A stretch of DNA of 64,000 nucleotides from contig JACPGJ010000008.1 of NCBI GenBank assembly GCA_016182555.1, positions 386,555 through 450,554 on the forward strand. Direction: 5' to 3'. The position numbers and the translations under genes are program-made. The notes beneath the pieces are model-generated. The model saw only the letters and a list, made by a program, of their open reading frames with translations, ran no database searches and was not told the origin of the DNA. The stretch is from Candidatus Kerfeldbacteria bacterium. GTDB lineage: Bacteria; Patescibacteriota; Patescibacteriia; UBA9570; XYC2-FULL-38-9. This document shows, piece by piece, positions 1 to 9,163 of this stretch; positions within the stretch are counted from its first letter, which is position 1; every line of letters begins with the position of its first letter.

Positions 1-729
1 CTCATTCCGGAAGAAGTCGGATTTCTGGTGAACGATTTACTCGTAGAACATTTTCCAAATATTGTTGATTACGATTTCACCGCAAAAATGGAAGCGGACT
101 TAGATGAAATTGCTGAAGGCAAAAAAGAATGGCAACCGTTGTTGAAAGAATTTTATGATCCGTTTAAAAAACACCTCATGGAAAAAGACAAAGAAATTTC
201 CAAAGAATCGTTAACGCAAGAAACCACCAACGAAATTTGTCCAAAATGTGGAAAGCCGATGATTATCAAAATGGGTCGTTTCGGCAAATTCTTGGCGTGC
301 AGCGCTTACCCTGAATGTAAAACAACTCGGCCACTCGGTGAAGATGGCAAAGCCGCACCCGAAGAAGTGATTGATGTGAAATGCGATAAGTGTGGAAAAC
401 CGATGGTGAAAAAACGTGGTCGTTTCGGCGAATTCCTGGGCTGCTCCGACTACCCCACCTGCAAAAATATTGTGAATATTGAAAAAAAAGTTGGTGTCAC
501 GTGTCCGAAGTGCAACGCTGGTGACATTATTGAAAAACGCTCACGCTACGGCAAAACATTTTACGCGTGTAACCAATATCCAAAATGTGAAAATGCGTAT
601 TGGTCAAAACCCAACGGAGAAACATGCCCAAACTGTAAATCGTTACTCTTGTACGGTGCGAAAAACACCATCCGTTGTTCCAATAAAGAATGTGGCTTCA
701 AAAAAGAACAAGAAGAAGTTGCAGAATAA
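1..729 (+). CDS. topA: DNA topoisomerase I, C-terminal zinc-ribbon region (5'-truncated at window edge; ORF track start is GTG at 28 but the frame is open to base 1)
   Basis: Tandem C4 zinc-ribbon modules (CPKCGKPM...GRFGKFLACSAYPECK, CDKCGKPM..., CPKCNAGD..., CPNCKS...) are typical of the TopA C-terminus. Confidence 0.7.
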   Translation, partial: LIPEEVGFLVNDLLVEHFPNIVDYDFTAKMEADLDEIAEGKKEWQPLLKEFYDPFKKHLMEKDKEISKESLTQETTNEICPKCGKPMIIKMGRFGKFLACSAYPECKTTRPLGEDGKAAPEEVIDVKCDKCGKPMVKKRGRFGEFLGCSDYPTCKNIVNIEKKVGVTCPKCNAGDIIEKRSRYGKTFYACNQYPKCENAYWSKPNGETCPNCKSLLLYGAKNTIRCSNKECGFKKEQEEVAE

Positions 730-831
730 TTCCGGAGAATAAAAACAAAGGTTCAGGATATCGATGAGTGGTTTCATTCATCGACAATAGCTGAATTTGT
801 CAAGGGTGTACAATGGAGGTACACTCAAGAT

Positions 832-2364
832 ATGCAAGAAGAGATTATTCGCACCATTGACGGTAGAACTATTGATGACTTGGTGGTGATTATGAAAAAA
901 CATAACCCACAAGCGGATTTAGATTTGATTGTCCGCGCATTTCATTTCACGAAGGACGCCCACGCTGGACAACAGCGCAAATCAGGTGAACCGTATATGA
1001 CGCATCCACTCGCCACAGCCATCATGCTCGCGGAACTTGGGCTCGACGAACAAACTATTGCCGCAGGCTTGCTGCACGATGTGCCCGAAGACACGCAACG
1101 AACATTGAAAGATATAAAAAAAATATTTGGGAAAGACATTGCGTTTTTGGTGGAAAGCGTCACAAAATTAGGTATGTTAAAATATCGCGGGGTCGACCGC
1201 TATATTGAAAATTTACGCCGCATGTTTATTGCCATGGCGAAAGACGTTCGTGTGATTCTGATTAAATTCGCTGATCGGATTAACAATTTGCAAACATTAG
1301 ATGCACTGCCACCAGAAAAACAGCATCGCATCGCCCTAGAGAGCATGGAAATTTATGCACCGATTGCCAACCGTCTAGGCATGGGGAACATGAAGGGACA
1401 ACTTGAAGATCTTTCTTTCCCATTTGTCTATCCGGAAGAATATAAATGGATGATGAAAAAAATTGGCCCACGTTTGAAAGAGAAAGAAGCATTCATGCAG
1501 CGTTTTATGACCTTTATCCGCAATGAATTCAATATCCATGACCTCAAAGTCGTTTCTGTTGACGGCAGAACGAAACATCTCTATTCTCTCTATAAAAAAT
1601 TATTAAAACATAATCGTGATCTTTCTGAAATTTATGATCTTGTTGCATTACGCATTATTGTCAATGATGTCGCAACGTGTTATGCGGCTCTCGGAGTGAT
1701 TCACAAAATATGCAAACCATTAAAAGGACGAATTAAAGATTATATTGCACAACCAAAACCAAACGGATACCAATCATTACATACAACTGTTTTTGCTCCC
1801 ACTCAATTTTTTCATGAAGAAGCCGTGTATGGTGAGATTATTGAAATACAAATCCGCACGCTCGATATGCACAAGGAAGCTGAATTTGGCATTGCGGCTC
1901 ACTGGCAATATAAAGAAGGACGGTTCATGCCAGAAAAAATGGGGCAAAAACTGCATTGGATGAATGAAATTGTTGAATTACAAAAACAGGTACAAGATGA
2001 AAAACAATTACTAGAAACGCTCAAAATTGATGTATTTCAAAATTATATTTTTGTCTTTACACCAAAAGGTGATGTGATCGAACTTCCGGAAGATTCTACG
2101 CCAGTCGATTTTGCCTACCGAGTCCACACCGATCTTGGAAACAAATGTGTGGGGGTAAAAATTAATGATCAAATCGCTAGTTTGCAAACTCGTTTGAAAA
2201 ATGGAGATGTCGTTGAAATTACGACGGACTCGCATCGTAAGGGCCCATCAGCTAGCTGGCTCGAATTTGTGAAAACAAACGCCGCTCGTAGTGCGATTCG
2301 TCAGTATTTAAATAAACAATCGCGTGGATTATTGGAAACATTTTCTCGCGCACGAAAAAACTAA
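832..2364 (+). CDS. rel: RelA/SpoT-family bifunctional (p)ppGpp synthetase/hydrolase, short form (HD + synthetase + TGS, no ACT/RIS domain)
   Basis: HD motif HPLATAIMLAELGLDEQTIAAGLLHDVPED. RelA/SpoT synthetase block DLVALRIIVNDVATCYAALGVIH. TGS-like VFTPKGDVIELPEDSTPVDFAYRVHTDLGNKCVGVKINDQ. At 510 aa it is C-terminally short relative to canonical Rel. Confidence 0.85.
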   Translation: MQEEIIRTIDGRTIDDLVVIMKKHNPQADLDLIVRAFHFTKDAHAGQQRKSGEPYMTHPLATAIMLAELGLDEQTIAAGLLHDVPEDTQRTLKDIKKIFGKDIAFLVESVTKLGMLKYRGVDRYIENLRRMFIAMAKDVRVILIKFADRINNLQTLDALPPEKQHRIALESMEIYAPIANRLGMGNMKGQLEDLSFPFVYPEEYKWMMKKIGPRLKEKEAFMQRFMTFIRNEFNIHDLKVVSVDGRTKHLYSLYKKLLKHNRDLSEIYDLVALRIIVNDVATCYAALGVIHKICKPLKGRIKDYIAQPKPNGYQSLHTTVFAPTQFFHEEAVYGEIIEIQIRTLDMHKEAEFGIAAHWQYKEGRFMPEKMGQKLHWMNEIVELQKQVQDEKQLLETLKIDVFQNYIFVFTPKGDVIELPEDSTPVDFAYRVHTDLGNKCVGVKINDQIASLQTRLKNGDVVEITTDSHRKGPSASWLEFVKTNAARSAIRQYLNKQSRGLLETFSRARKN

Positions 2365-3287
2365 TTTTTCCGTAACAACTGTTTCATCACTCGCGTAAAA
2401 TCTTCTGACGAATGCGTTTCGATCATAATTTTTCGTACCCCCGAATTTTTGCTGGAAATTTTCACTTTGGTGCCGAGTGTCTTCTGCAATACATCTTCTG
2501 CCTGCTGCAATTCATAATTCATCACCGGTCGGCGTACTGGTTTTTTGCTAGTCGCTTGAACTGATTCCGATAGTTCTTTCACACTCATCGCCGCACCACT
2601 GGTCATACGTGCGTATACGGCCATCCGCTCTTCATTCGTTGGCAAACCGAGTAACACTTTTCCGTGACCTTCGGTAATTTTCCCCATAGCCAGACCAGTT
2701 TGAATTTCTGCAGGTAAATCAAGCAGACGAATAATATTGGCCAGCGTTGAACGCGCCATACCAATTTTTTTTGCTGCCTCTTCTTGCGTAAGACCAAATT
2801 CGTCTACCAACTTTGCCAGACTCACCGCTTTTTCCATCGGGTTCAAATCTTGACGTTGAATATTCTCAATTAACGCTAATTCCAATTTCTCTAATTCTGA
2901 GGTCGAACGAATAATCGCGGGAATAGTTTCTTTCTCCAACCGTTGAAAAGCACGGAAACGTCGCTCGCCAGCCACAATTTGCCAGCGTTGCGTTTTACCA
3001 CCAAGGGCATCTGCGGAATGCAATGGCGTTACCACGATGGGTTCCAGTAATCCGTATCGGCGGATAGATTCTGTGAGATCTTCCAAATTTTTCGGGTCGA
3101 AATGTTGGCGTGGCTGCAATGGATTCGGTTCAATGTGTGCAATCGGAATATCGACAACCGTGGTACTAGCAGAGCGTGGCATCTCTGAAGAAACTGGTGA
3201 CAATGTAAATACCGGTTGAGCCTGTGGTGCGCTCACCGGTTTTTGTGGTATGAGTGAACTTAATCCTCGTCCAAGTCCTGTTGCCAT
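2361..3287 (-). CDS. parB: Chromosome partitioning protein ParB/Spo0J
   Basis: ParB N-terminal box (IPIAHIEPNPLQPRQHFDPKNLEDLTESIRRYGLLEPIVV...GERRFRA) and HTH region. Overlaps rel stop by 4 nt and lies directly downstream of parA. Confidence 0.85.
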   Translation of the reverse strand: MATGLGRGLSSLIPQKPVSAPQAQPVFTLSPVSSEMPRSASTTVVDIPIAHIEPNPLQPRQHFDPKNLEDLTESIRRYGLLEPIVVTPLHSADALGGKTQRWQIVAGERRFRAFQRLEKETIPAIIRSTSELEKLELALIENIQRQDLNPMEKAVSLAKLVDEFGLTQEEAAKKIGMARSTLANIIRLLDLPAEIQTGLAMGKITEGHGKVLLGLPTNEERMAVYARMTSGAAMSVKELSESVQATSKKPVRRPVMNYELQQAEDVLQKTLGTKVKISSKNSGVRKIMIETHSSEDFTRVMKQLLRKN

Positions 3288-3295
3288 AAAAAAAT

Positions 3296-4117
3296 TTAAT
3301 TAATCTCTTCTTGATTGTTGATCTCATTGAGTGTAGTTCGTGGGTGTGGCCCCGTGGACGTGGTAGAGAGCACCTCTCGAGCCAGTTTACTATATGCTCG
3401 TGCTCCTTTGGAAAAACGGTCATACGCAGAAATCGGTTTCCCATGCGAAGGTGCTTCAGCCAAGCGCACATTACGCGGAATGACGGAACGAAATACACGG
3501 TTCGGAAAATATTTGTAAATATCGCGGAAGACCGCTTCAGACAATTTATTCCGTTTGTCATACATCGTTAACACTGCTCCAAGGAGGTGCAAATTCGGTT
3601 GTAAGTGCTGCTGCACTAATTCCACCGTGCGTAACAATTGTCCTAAACCTTCCAGGGCATAATACTCCGTTTGTACCGGTACCAAAATTTCATTGGCACC
3701 AACAATGCTGTTAATAGTGAGCAGCCCAAGCGAAGGCGGACAATCGATAAAAATAAAATCATAATGCGGTTCAACACTCGGAGTAGCATTGCGTAAACGA
3801 AACTCTCGTGCTTCCATTGGCACAAGTTCGACAGAGGCACCAGCCAAATCCACATTCGCTGGAGCAATGTGCAGGTTCTCCACAACGGTGGTGAGTAAAA
3901 TATCCGCAAGCGGCGTTTGATTCACCAACACGTCATACATCGTTTTTTCCACACGTTGAATATCAATCCCAACACCAGAACTCGCATTCCCCTGCGAATC
4001 CATATCAATTAAAAGCACACGTTGACCAAGAGCCGCGAGGCTGCTGGCCAGATTCACGGCAGTGGTCGTTTTCCCAACCCCACCTTTTTGATTCACGACC
4101 GCAATAATTCTTGCCAT
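3296..4117 (-). CDS. parA: ParA/Soj partitioning ATPase
   Basis: Deviant Walker A motif AVVNQKGGVGKTTTAVNLA. Gene pair with parB. Confidence 0.9.
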   Translation of the reverse strand: MARIIAVVNQKGGVGKTTTAVNLASSLAALGQRVLLIDMDSQGNASSGVGIDIQRVEKTMYDVLVNQTPLADILLTTVVENLHIAPANVDLAGASVELVPMEAREFRLRNATPSVEPHYDFIFIDCPPSLGLLTINSIVGANEILVPVQTEYYALEGLGQLLRTVELVQQHLQPNLHLLGAVLTMYDKRNKLSEAVFRDIYKYFPNRVFRSVIPRNVRLAEAPSHGKPISAYDRFSKGARAYSKLAREVLSTTSTGPHPRTTLNEINNQEEIN

Positions 4118-4187
4118 ATAGTGTATAGTATACCAAAAAAACGCACGCGTTGACAGTGGAGACGTTTTCTTTTAGGATAATAGTCAC

Positions 4188-4269
4188 GCCGGAGTGGCGG
4201 AACTGGCAGACGCACACGACTCAAGATCGTGCGGGGCAACCCATAAGAGTTCGATTCTCTTCTCCGGCA
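4188..4269 (+). tRNA. tRNA-Leu (anticodon CAA), type II with long variable arm, CCA not encoded
   Basis: Acceptor GCCGGAG/CTCCGGC. Anticodon stem-loop cacga-CTCAAGA-tcgtg. T-arm GAGTTCGATTCTC. Length 82 nt. Confidence 0.75.
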
Positions 4270-4283
4270 CATTTTTTTCTTCT

Positions 4284-4958
4284 ATGCCAAAAAAATCGCA
4301 CCCACACCAACGACTCACTCATTGTCGCGATGGGAAAATTCATTATGTTGATGTGCCACAAAAATTTGTTCGCACAATCGACCAACAGATCAATACCGCT
4401 ATTGCCCAGGCTGCAAAGTTATTTGAATATTCGTTTGATCCGCATATTATACTGTGCCACGATGAATATTCTATTATTCCGGAAACCGGCATTACTGGGC
4501 GCGCGGTCAATGCTCATCGTATCATGATCGAAATTGATTTTTCACGAACAGATATTGCCAGCATTATTTCTGAACAACTTCCTTCTACTCTCTATCACGA
4601 AACTTCTCACCTTGTTCGACAATATACCCATGGATTCAAATGGACTCTCCTAGACTGTCTTGTATCTGAAGGTATCGCAGGATACATTGAAAAGAGCACG
4701 CAGCCAGATATTTATGTTCCCTACATAGAACCAATGAAAAATGAAACGGCACTTATGAAAAAAGCACGGCGTGTGTTCAACAGCAAAAATTTTAATTACA
4801 ACGATTGGTTTTTTGGAGGAAATACAATTCCACGATGGGCAGGCTATCGGTTAGGGTATATTCTTGTTGAATCTTACATGAAAAAACACGACATCTCTAT
4901 TGCTAAACTGATTCGTCTTTCTTCAAAGAATTTTCTTCCAAAAAAAATAATCGTATGA
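4284..4958 (+). CDS. HExxH-motif putative zinc metallopeptidase (DUF2268-like); start moved to M31 to clear the tRNA
   Basis: HETSH zinc-binding motif. C-terminal block IPRWAGYRLGYILVESYMKKHDISIAKLIRLSSKNFL is shared with the frameshifted paralog at 43599-44146. Confidence 0.5.
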   Translation: MPKKSHPHQRLTHCRDGKIHYVDVPQKFVRTIDQQINTAIAQAAKLFEYSFDPHIILCHDEYSIIPETGITGRAVNAHRIMIEIDFSRTDIASIISEQLPSTLYHETSHLVRQYTHGFKWTLLDCLVSEGIAGYIEKSTQPDIYVPYIEPMKNETALMKKARRVFNSKNFNYNDWFFGGNTIPRWAGYRLGYILVESYMKKHDISIAKLIRLSSKNFLPKKIIV

Positions 4959-5542
4959 ATCGAAAAATTATTTTAGCATCGCAATCACAAGCACGGAAGA
5001 AAATTTTTTCCTTGTTAAATATTCCATTTGCCGTTGTGCCAGCACATATTGATGAACAAGCTATTCGACATGATGACCCAGGCATGCAAGCCGAACTGAT
5101 TGCTAGAGCAAAAGCAGAAGCCGTGGCGAAAGAACACCCCAATGCGATTATTATTGCGGCAGACACATTCACCGTGTGTGATGGTATTATTCTCGAAAAA
5201 CCGCACGACACAAAAGAAGCGGCACAAATGTTGCGCTTGCAATCCGGAAAACCAGGCATGGCCTATTCCGGTTTTTGTTACATCGATGCCGTGAACAAGA
5301 TACAGTATTCCACAACTGTCGAAACTGCATTCACTTTTCGAGAACTACAAGAAGAAGAAATAGCGGTATATGTACGAAAATTCCCTGTAACTACGTGGTC
5401 TGCGGCGTATTCTCCAGCCACCGCGTACACCCTCACCATGATTGCGTCGATGAACGGTTCCGCCACCAGCTTCACCCATGGTTTACCAATGGAAGTGCTC
5501 ATTTCCCTCCTCCAAAAATCTGGGTTCAGCGCACACCCATAA
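4955..5542 (+). CDS. maf: Maf-like nucleoside triphosphate pyrophosphatase
   Basis: N-terminal Maf signature IILASQSQARKKIFSLLNIPF and mid-protein IIAADTFTVCDGIILEKPHD. Confidence 0.7.
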   Translation: MNRKIILASQSQARKKIFSLLNIPFAVVPAHIDEQAIRHDDPGMQAELIARAKAEAVAKEHPNAIIIAADTFTVCDGIILEKPHDTKEAAQMLRLQSGKPGMAYSGFCYIDAVNKIQYSTTVETAFTFRELQEEEIAVYVRKFPVTTWSAAYSPATAYTLTMIASMNGSATSFTHGLPMEVLISLLQKSGFSAHP

Positions 5543-6976
5543 CTACCGCGCTTCCACACCTAAATATAATCGAATTATTTTTTTCATACCGCCAGCGTGT
5601 TGTAACACCAACGTATGGTGACGCACACGAATATGCTTGAGTGTTGAATCTGCGCTATACTTTTTTTTAAAAAATCGTTGTTCTTTTTTACCAGTCACTG
5701 TTTGAATTTTTTTTGAACGTTCAAATAGACTCACGACATACCGATCTCCTGTTCGGGCCACCTTCACCAAAATTTTTCGCCCTTGAAAATGAACAATTTT
5801 TTTATACACTTTATGAATCACTTCCTGCTGTTGAGATTTACCTAACGGATTATACAATGATTCATCAATCGTTGCCGCGCCCAACTGCGCCAGTGCTTGA
5901 TTATAATATCGCCAATCCGCATCCGGATCTTTGGCACTAAATGCTTTTTCTGATGGATTATAGAATGAACGCAATTCATCGATAAACGCTTCCTTTATAG
6001 AAGCATCTTGGCTAGATCCTTGTACACCGGCTGCCCACATGGCAACAGAAAGTTCATTATGCCATTCAACCGCATTACCACTTAAATCATACATTTTAAT
6101 TCCCGTTACTCCGCTCACATCCAAAACAGTTGGAAATACCTTATCCAAATATTCTTGAGCGCGTGGCTCACTGTTCCACAAAGCGTCAATTCCTATACGC
6201 CACGGTATACGAATGGCGTCATAGGTCATATTATACGGCCGGCCCGTTGGTGTTGGGTCTCCATTCTCTGTGCACCAATCAGGAATAATTCCATTATATC
6301 GCTCTGCAACTCGCAATAATATTTCGTACTGTTTATCAATCACTCCTTGCCAATCATGATCGGTACTTTCATATTCATCAAACACGCGGTACCATGCTGG
6401 TGCAAAATAGGACAAATTCAATTCTTGTGGGCTACCAAAAACATCACCAGGATACAAATAATCATTCTCGGTCATGTAATCAAAAATATTGTTAATCAAC
6501 ACCTGCGCTTTGGCGCGATATGCGCTGTTTGCACTCCACACGCCGCTCTTCTGCAACTGGTCAGCCATAATCAACGCAAATGCGACATCTTCATCAGCAT
6601 CCGTGGCGGCATTCGTTCCCCACTTCGCACCGTCAGTGGCAATTTTCCAATCATACGAATGCCCATTCCACATCCATTTCTCTGTTGCGGCAAAAATTTT
6701 ATCGAATGTTGCTTGGTCTTTCTGTGTCGCCGCAAGAATCAACCCATACCCCGCCCCTTCACTCACGGCATAGTCACATGAATCATTTGAGGTGAGGTTA
6801 CATGAACCAGCATCAAACAATAACCCATAGGCTGGATACGACGTATACCCTTCTATATTATGCTGCGTAAATGTTTCCCATGCATCATGGCGTTCTTGCG
6901 AAAAATCTGCTGCGTAGGTACGCTGAGCAAACCCCACAGTAAATAGAGTTATTAGTGCAATGAGTATCTTAGACAT
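5543..6976 (-). CDS. Secreted glycoside hydrolase family 8 (endoglucanase/chitosanase-like) with signal peptide and Lys/Arg-rich C-terminal tail
   Basis: GH8 signature ATDADEDVAFALIMADQLQ (A-[ST]-D-[AG]-D...). N-terminal signal MSKILIALITLFTVGFAQRTYA. C-terminal ~100 aa is highly basic. Confidence 0.7.
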   Translation of the reverse strand: MSKILIALITLFTVGFAQRTYAADFSQERHDAWETFTQHNIEGYTSYPAYGLLFDAGSCNLTSNDSCDYAVSEGAGYGLILAATQKDQATFDKIFAATEKWMWNGHSYDWKIATDGAKWGTNAATDADEDVAFALIMADQLQKSGVWSANSAYRAKAQVLINNIFDYMTENDYLYPGDVFGSPQELNLSYFAPAWYRVFDEYESTDHDWQGVIDKQYEILLRVAERYNGIIPDWCTENGDPTPTGRPYNMTYDAIRIPWRIGIDALWNSEPRAQEYLDKVFPTVLDVSGVTGIKMYDLSGNAVEWHNELSVAMWAAGVQGSSQDASIKEAFIDELRSFYNPSEKAFSAKDPDADWRYYNQALAQLGAATIDESLYNPLGKSQQQEVIHKVYKKIVHFQGRKILVKVARTGDRYVVSLFERSKKIQTVTGKKEQRFFKKKYSADSTLKHIRVRHHTLVLQHAGGMKKIIRLYLGVEAR

Positions 6977-7035
6977 ATATGTTTTTCATACCACGAACTT
7001 GAACATTGAGCAACCTGAACAATAACAGGCTATTT

Positions 7036-7056
7036 TGTGGATATAAATTATCCACA
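7036..7056. promoter_or_regulatory. Inverted pair of DnaA-box-like 9-mers (TGTGGATAT...TTATCCACA)
   Basis: Perfect E. coli-type DnaA box TTATCCACA at 7048-7056 and near-perfect inverted copy at 7036-7044, in the intergenic region upstream of the GH8 gene. Confidence 0.3.
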
Positions 7057-7344
7057 GACGATGTATGTAAGTATTGACAAATCGTCGCTCATCTACTAGG
7101 ATTTTTTCAACTTCGATTGGCTATATTGAAAATCGGAGTTTTTTGTTTCCAGGAGGAAGATTTCAATACGCACATGACAATAGAAAAAACCATGCGTTCA
7201 GCGAAAAGAATATTTTAAAAGTTGTATTCTCCTTGCTGAGCGCATGTTGCGCTCAAATCCTACCTATCGCCCGCACGGCGCGCTGATTTCCAGTGTGCCG
7301 TGGAAGAAAAAAAGAAAAGAAAGAAGGGAAAGAAGGGAAAGAAA

Positions 7345-7791
7345 ATGAAGAAACTTAGTTTGTTTGCGTTCGTTGTCGCCGCCGGCTTCATGACCGGCGT
7401 CTCGTCCTGCGACGTCGACAACGACAGCGACGGCTGGACCACTGAAGATGGCGACTGCGACGACAACAATCCGTCGATCCATCCGGGTGCCACCGAAGTG
7501 TGCGACGGGAAGGACGACGACTGCGATGGCCAGATCGATGAGGACGAAATAAATCCGGCCGTTGTCTATTACATAGATAGCGACCGCGATGGCAGTGGTG
7601 GAACCTCGTCCTTCTACTACTGCTCGGGAGCTTATCCCGAGTGCGCGGCTGTCAGTGATGATGCGTTGTGTGCATCGCTGCAGTCGGGTGACTGCGACGA
7701 TCGCAACGCCGCCGTGAACCCGGGCGCAACCGAGACCTGCAACAGCATCGATGACGACTGCGATGGTTCAATCGACGAGGCCTGCCTCTGA
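7345..7791 (+). CDS. GC-rich lipoprotein with three MopE-type putative metal-binding repeats (DCDDxNPxxxPGAxExCxxxDDDCDG)
   Basis: ATG at 7345 is preceded by a purine-rich RBS-like repeat gaaagaagggaaagaaggg. Signal with Cys (LFAFVVAAGFMTGVSSC). Three repeats of the Cys/Asp-rich motif. The gene and flanks (~7260-7930) are far more GC-rich than the surrounding genome. Confidence 0.6.
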   Translation: MKKLSLFAFVVAAGFMTGVSSCDVDNDSDGWTTEDGDCDDNNPSIHPGATEVCDGKDDDCDGQIDEDEINPAVVYYIDSDRDGSGGTSSFYYCSGAYPECAAVSDDALCASLQSGDCDDRNAAVNPGATETCNSIDDDCDGSIDEACL

Positions 7792-8196
7792 GCAGCCCAC
7801 AAACCGCCAAAACCACTGGCCATGCGAATAAAACCGCGTGATCAGTGACTGTTCTGGCGGGGACAAGGCTCAGACTCAGTACATCCACAAGGTGTATCGG
7901 GTCTGGGCTTCTTTTTTTTATCCTACACAAATATTCATCCTCCTCCTAAGTAACTCCTCACTGACCCCAGTGTGATATTTTTGCATTAGCTAATATTAGC
8001 AAATTTTATTTTTAGCCCCTCTATAATTTCAAAATTGATGTCGCTAACATTAGCCATTCTTAAAATTATTTTAAAGGGTCAGTGAGCACTTACCCTCCTA
8101 AACCTTGCATCTTTTTTCAGTATCTGGTATCGTATACTACGACTTCGACAGCGCCTCTAACCTGTGCATGATCCACTTTTCTTAAGGTTTATCATG

Positions 8197-8569
8197 CGCG
8201 GGGTGGAGCAGTCTGGCAGCTCGCCTGGCTTAGTCTCTTGGGAGATCAAGTTCTCTCAAGCGTTCTTTACAGAATGAATCTGGGCGTCTTTGTTAGAAAT
8301 AACAGAGATGATTACCTGTCAAATTCGGGGAAGTCCCCATCAGCTTTAGGCTGACGGATAATCCCGAGCTAACCTTGCTTGATATTTCATTGGGCAAGAA
8401 ACGTGTAGAGACTAGATGGCAGGCACCGCACTTTGTCAGAAATGGCAAAACGGTGAAGGGATAGTCCAGACCACGAACTCAACTGCATTGACTACAGCAG
8501 ACTGAGGCGATGAAAATCGAAGTGGTACGCATAACCAGGAGGTCGCCGGTTCAAATCCGGCCCCCGCAA
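8197..8569 (+). tRNA. Initiator tRNA-fMet (CAU) interrupted by a group I intron in the anticodon loop (exons 8197-8230 and 8530-8569)
   Basis: Exons join to CGCGGGGTGGAGCAGTCTGGCAGCTCGCCTGGCT|CATAACCAGGAGGTCGCCGGTTCAAATCCGGCCCCCGCAA. This is near-identical to E. coli tRNA-fMet, including the C1:A72 mismatch and CAU anticodon. Confidence 0.75.
8231..8529 (+). ncRNA. Group I self-splicing intron (no ORF) inserted between U33 and C34 of tRNA-fMet
   Basis: 5' exon ends in U and the intron ends in G. R-like element GAGACTAGATGG and S-like element GGGATAGTCC give the P7 pairing GACTA/TAGTC. P4/P6-like GCTGACGGA resembles the Tetrahymena core. Confidence 0.65.
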
Positions 8570-8598
8570 CAAGAAAAATTCCTCGCCAGGAAAATACA

Positions 8599-9123
8599 TT
8601 GATACCAAAATATATGACGCTTACGACGCATGCAGCGACGGGAATGATTATCACACAATGGACGAATAATCCTATCCTCGGTTTTTTTGCTGCACTCATG
8701 AGTCATTATCTCCTCGATGCTATCCCGCATGCAGATGAATGGATTTATTGGCGGCACGTCCACAATTCACGCGATACCATTGCATTGATTGTTGCTGCTT
8801 GTGATGTTTTTGTGTTGAGCATTCTCTTGATTGCCGTTCTCAATACGCATTCGGGTGCCGAATCTTCACGCATTACCGCTGGGGTGATTGGTGGCATTCT
8901 CCCCGATATTCTCATTACACTGCATACCAAAAGCCGACGGAAATTCCGCAACGCTTATCATGGCATTATGCAAAAATTACAGCACGCCTACCACTTTTTT
9001 TTACAAAAACATTATACCTTTCACATGACATTCCATAATGTCATGCATGCACCCATTCGCTTTCGCACCGCTCTTTTCTATCAATCGCTCTACATCATTT
9101 GGTTTGTGTTCTATTTTATCTAA
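8599..9123 (+). CDS. Hypothetical polytopic membrane protein (possibly membrane-bound metal-dependent hydrolase-like)
   Basis: Several hydrophobic helices and a His-rich loop (LDAIPHADEWIYWRHVH). No confident family assignment. Confidence 0.35.
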   Translation: MIPKYMTLTTHAATGMIITQWTNNPILGFFAALMSHYLLDAIPHADEWIYWRHVHNSRDTIALIVAACDVFVLSILLIAVLNTHSGAESSRITAGVIGGILPDILITLHTKSRRKFRNAYHGIMQKLQHAYHFFLQKHYTFHMTFHNVMHAPIRFRTALFYQSLYIIWFVFYFI

Positions 9124-9163
9124 GCACAGCTATACTGTAACCCTACACCAACCCCTTTCTTAT

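Noticed and set aside
4194-4283. ORF-track start of the DUF2268-like gene at 4194
   Set aside because: It overlaps tRNA-Leu (4188-4269). The internal Met at 4284 immediately downstream of the tRNA is the plausible start.
7300-7344. Upstream start giving an MEEKKKRKKGKKGKK N-terminal extension on the MopE-like lipoprotein
   Set aside because: The Lys-rich stretch is the translation of a purine-rich gaaagaaggg repeat that more plausibly serves as the RBS. The signal peptide begins at the internal Met at 7345.
7800-7925. Rho-independent terminator after the MopE-like gene
   Set aside because: Only a weak, imperfect stem precedes the T-run at ~7900-7920. No convincing GC hairpin.
8197-8572. tmRNA (ssrA) hypothesis for the structured locus with tRNA-like 5' and 3' ends
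   Set aside because: No resume codon or tag reading frame with a canonical ending was found. The ends splice in silico into a complete 77-nt tRNA-fMet, and the interior carries group I intron core elements. An intron-containing tRNA explains it better.
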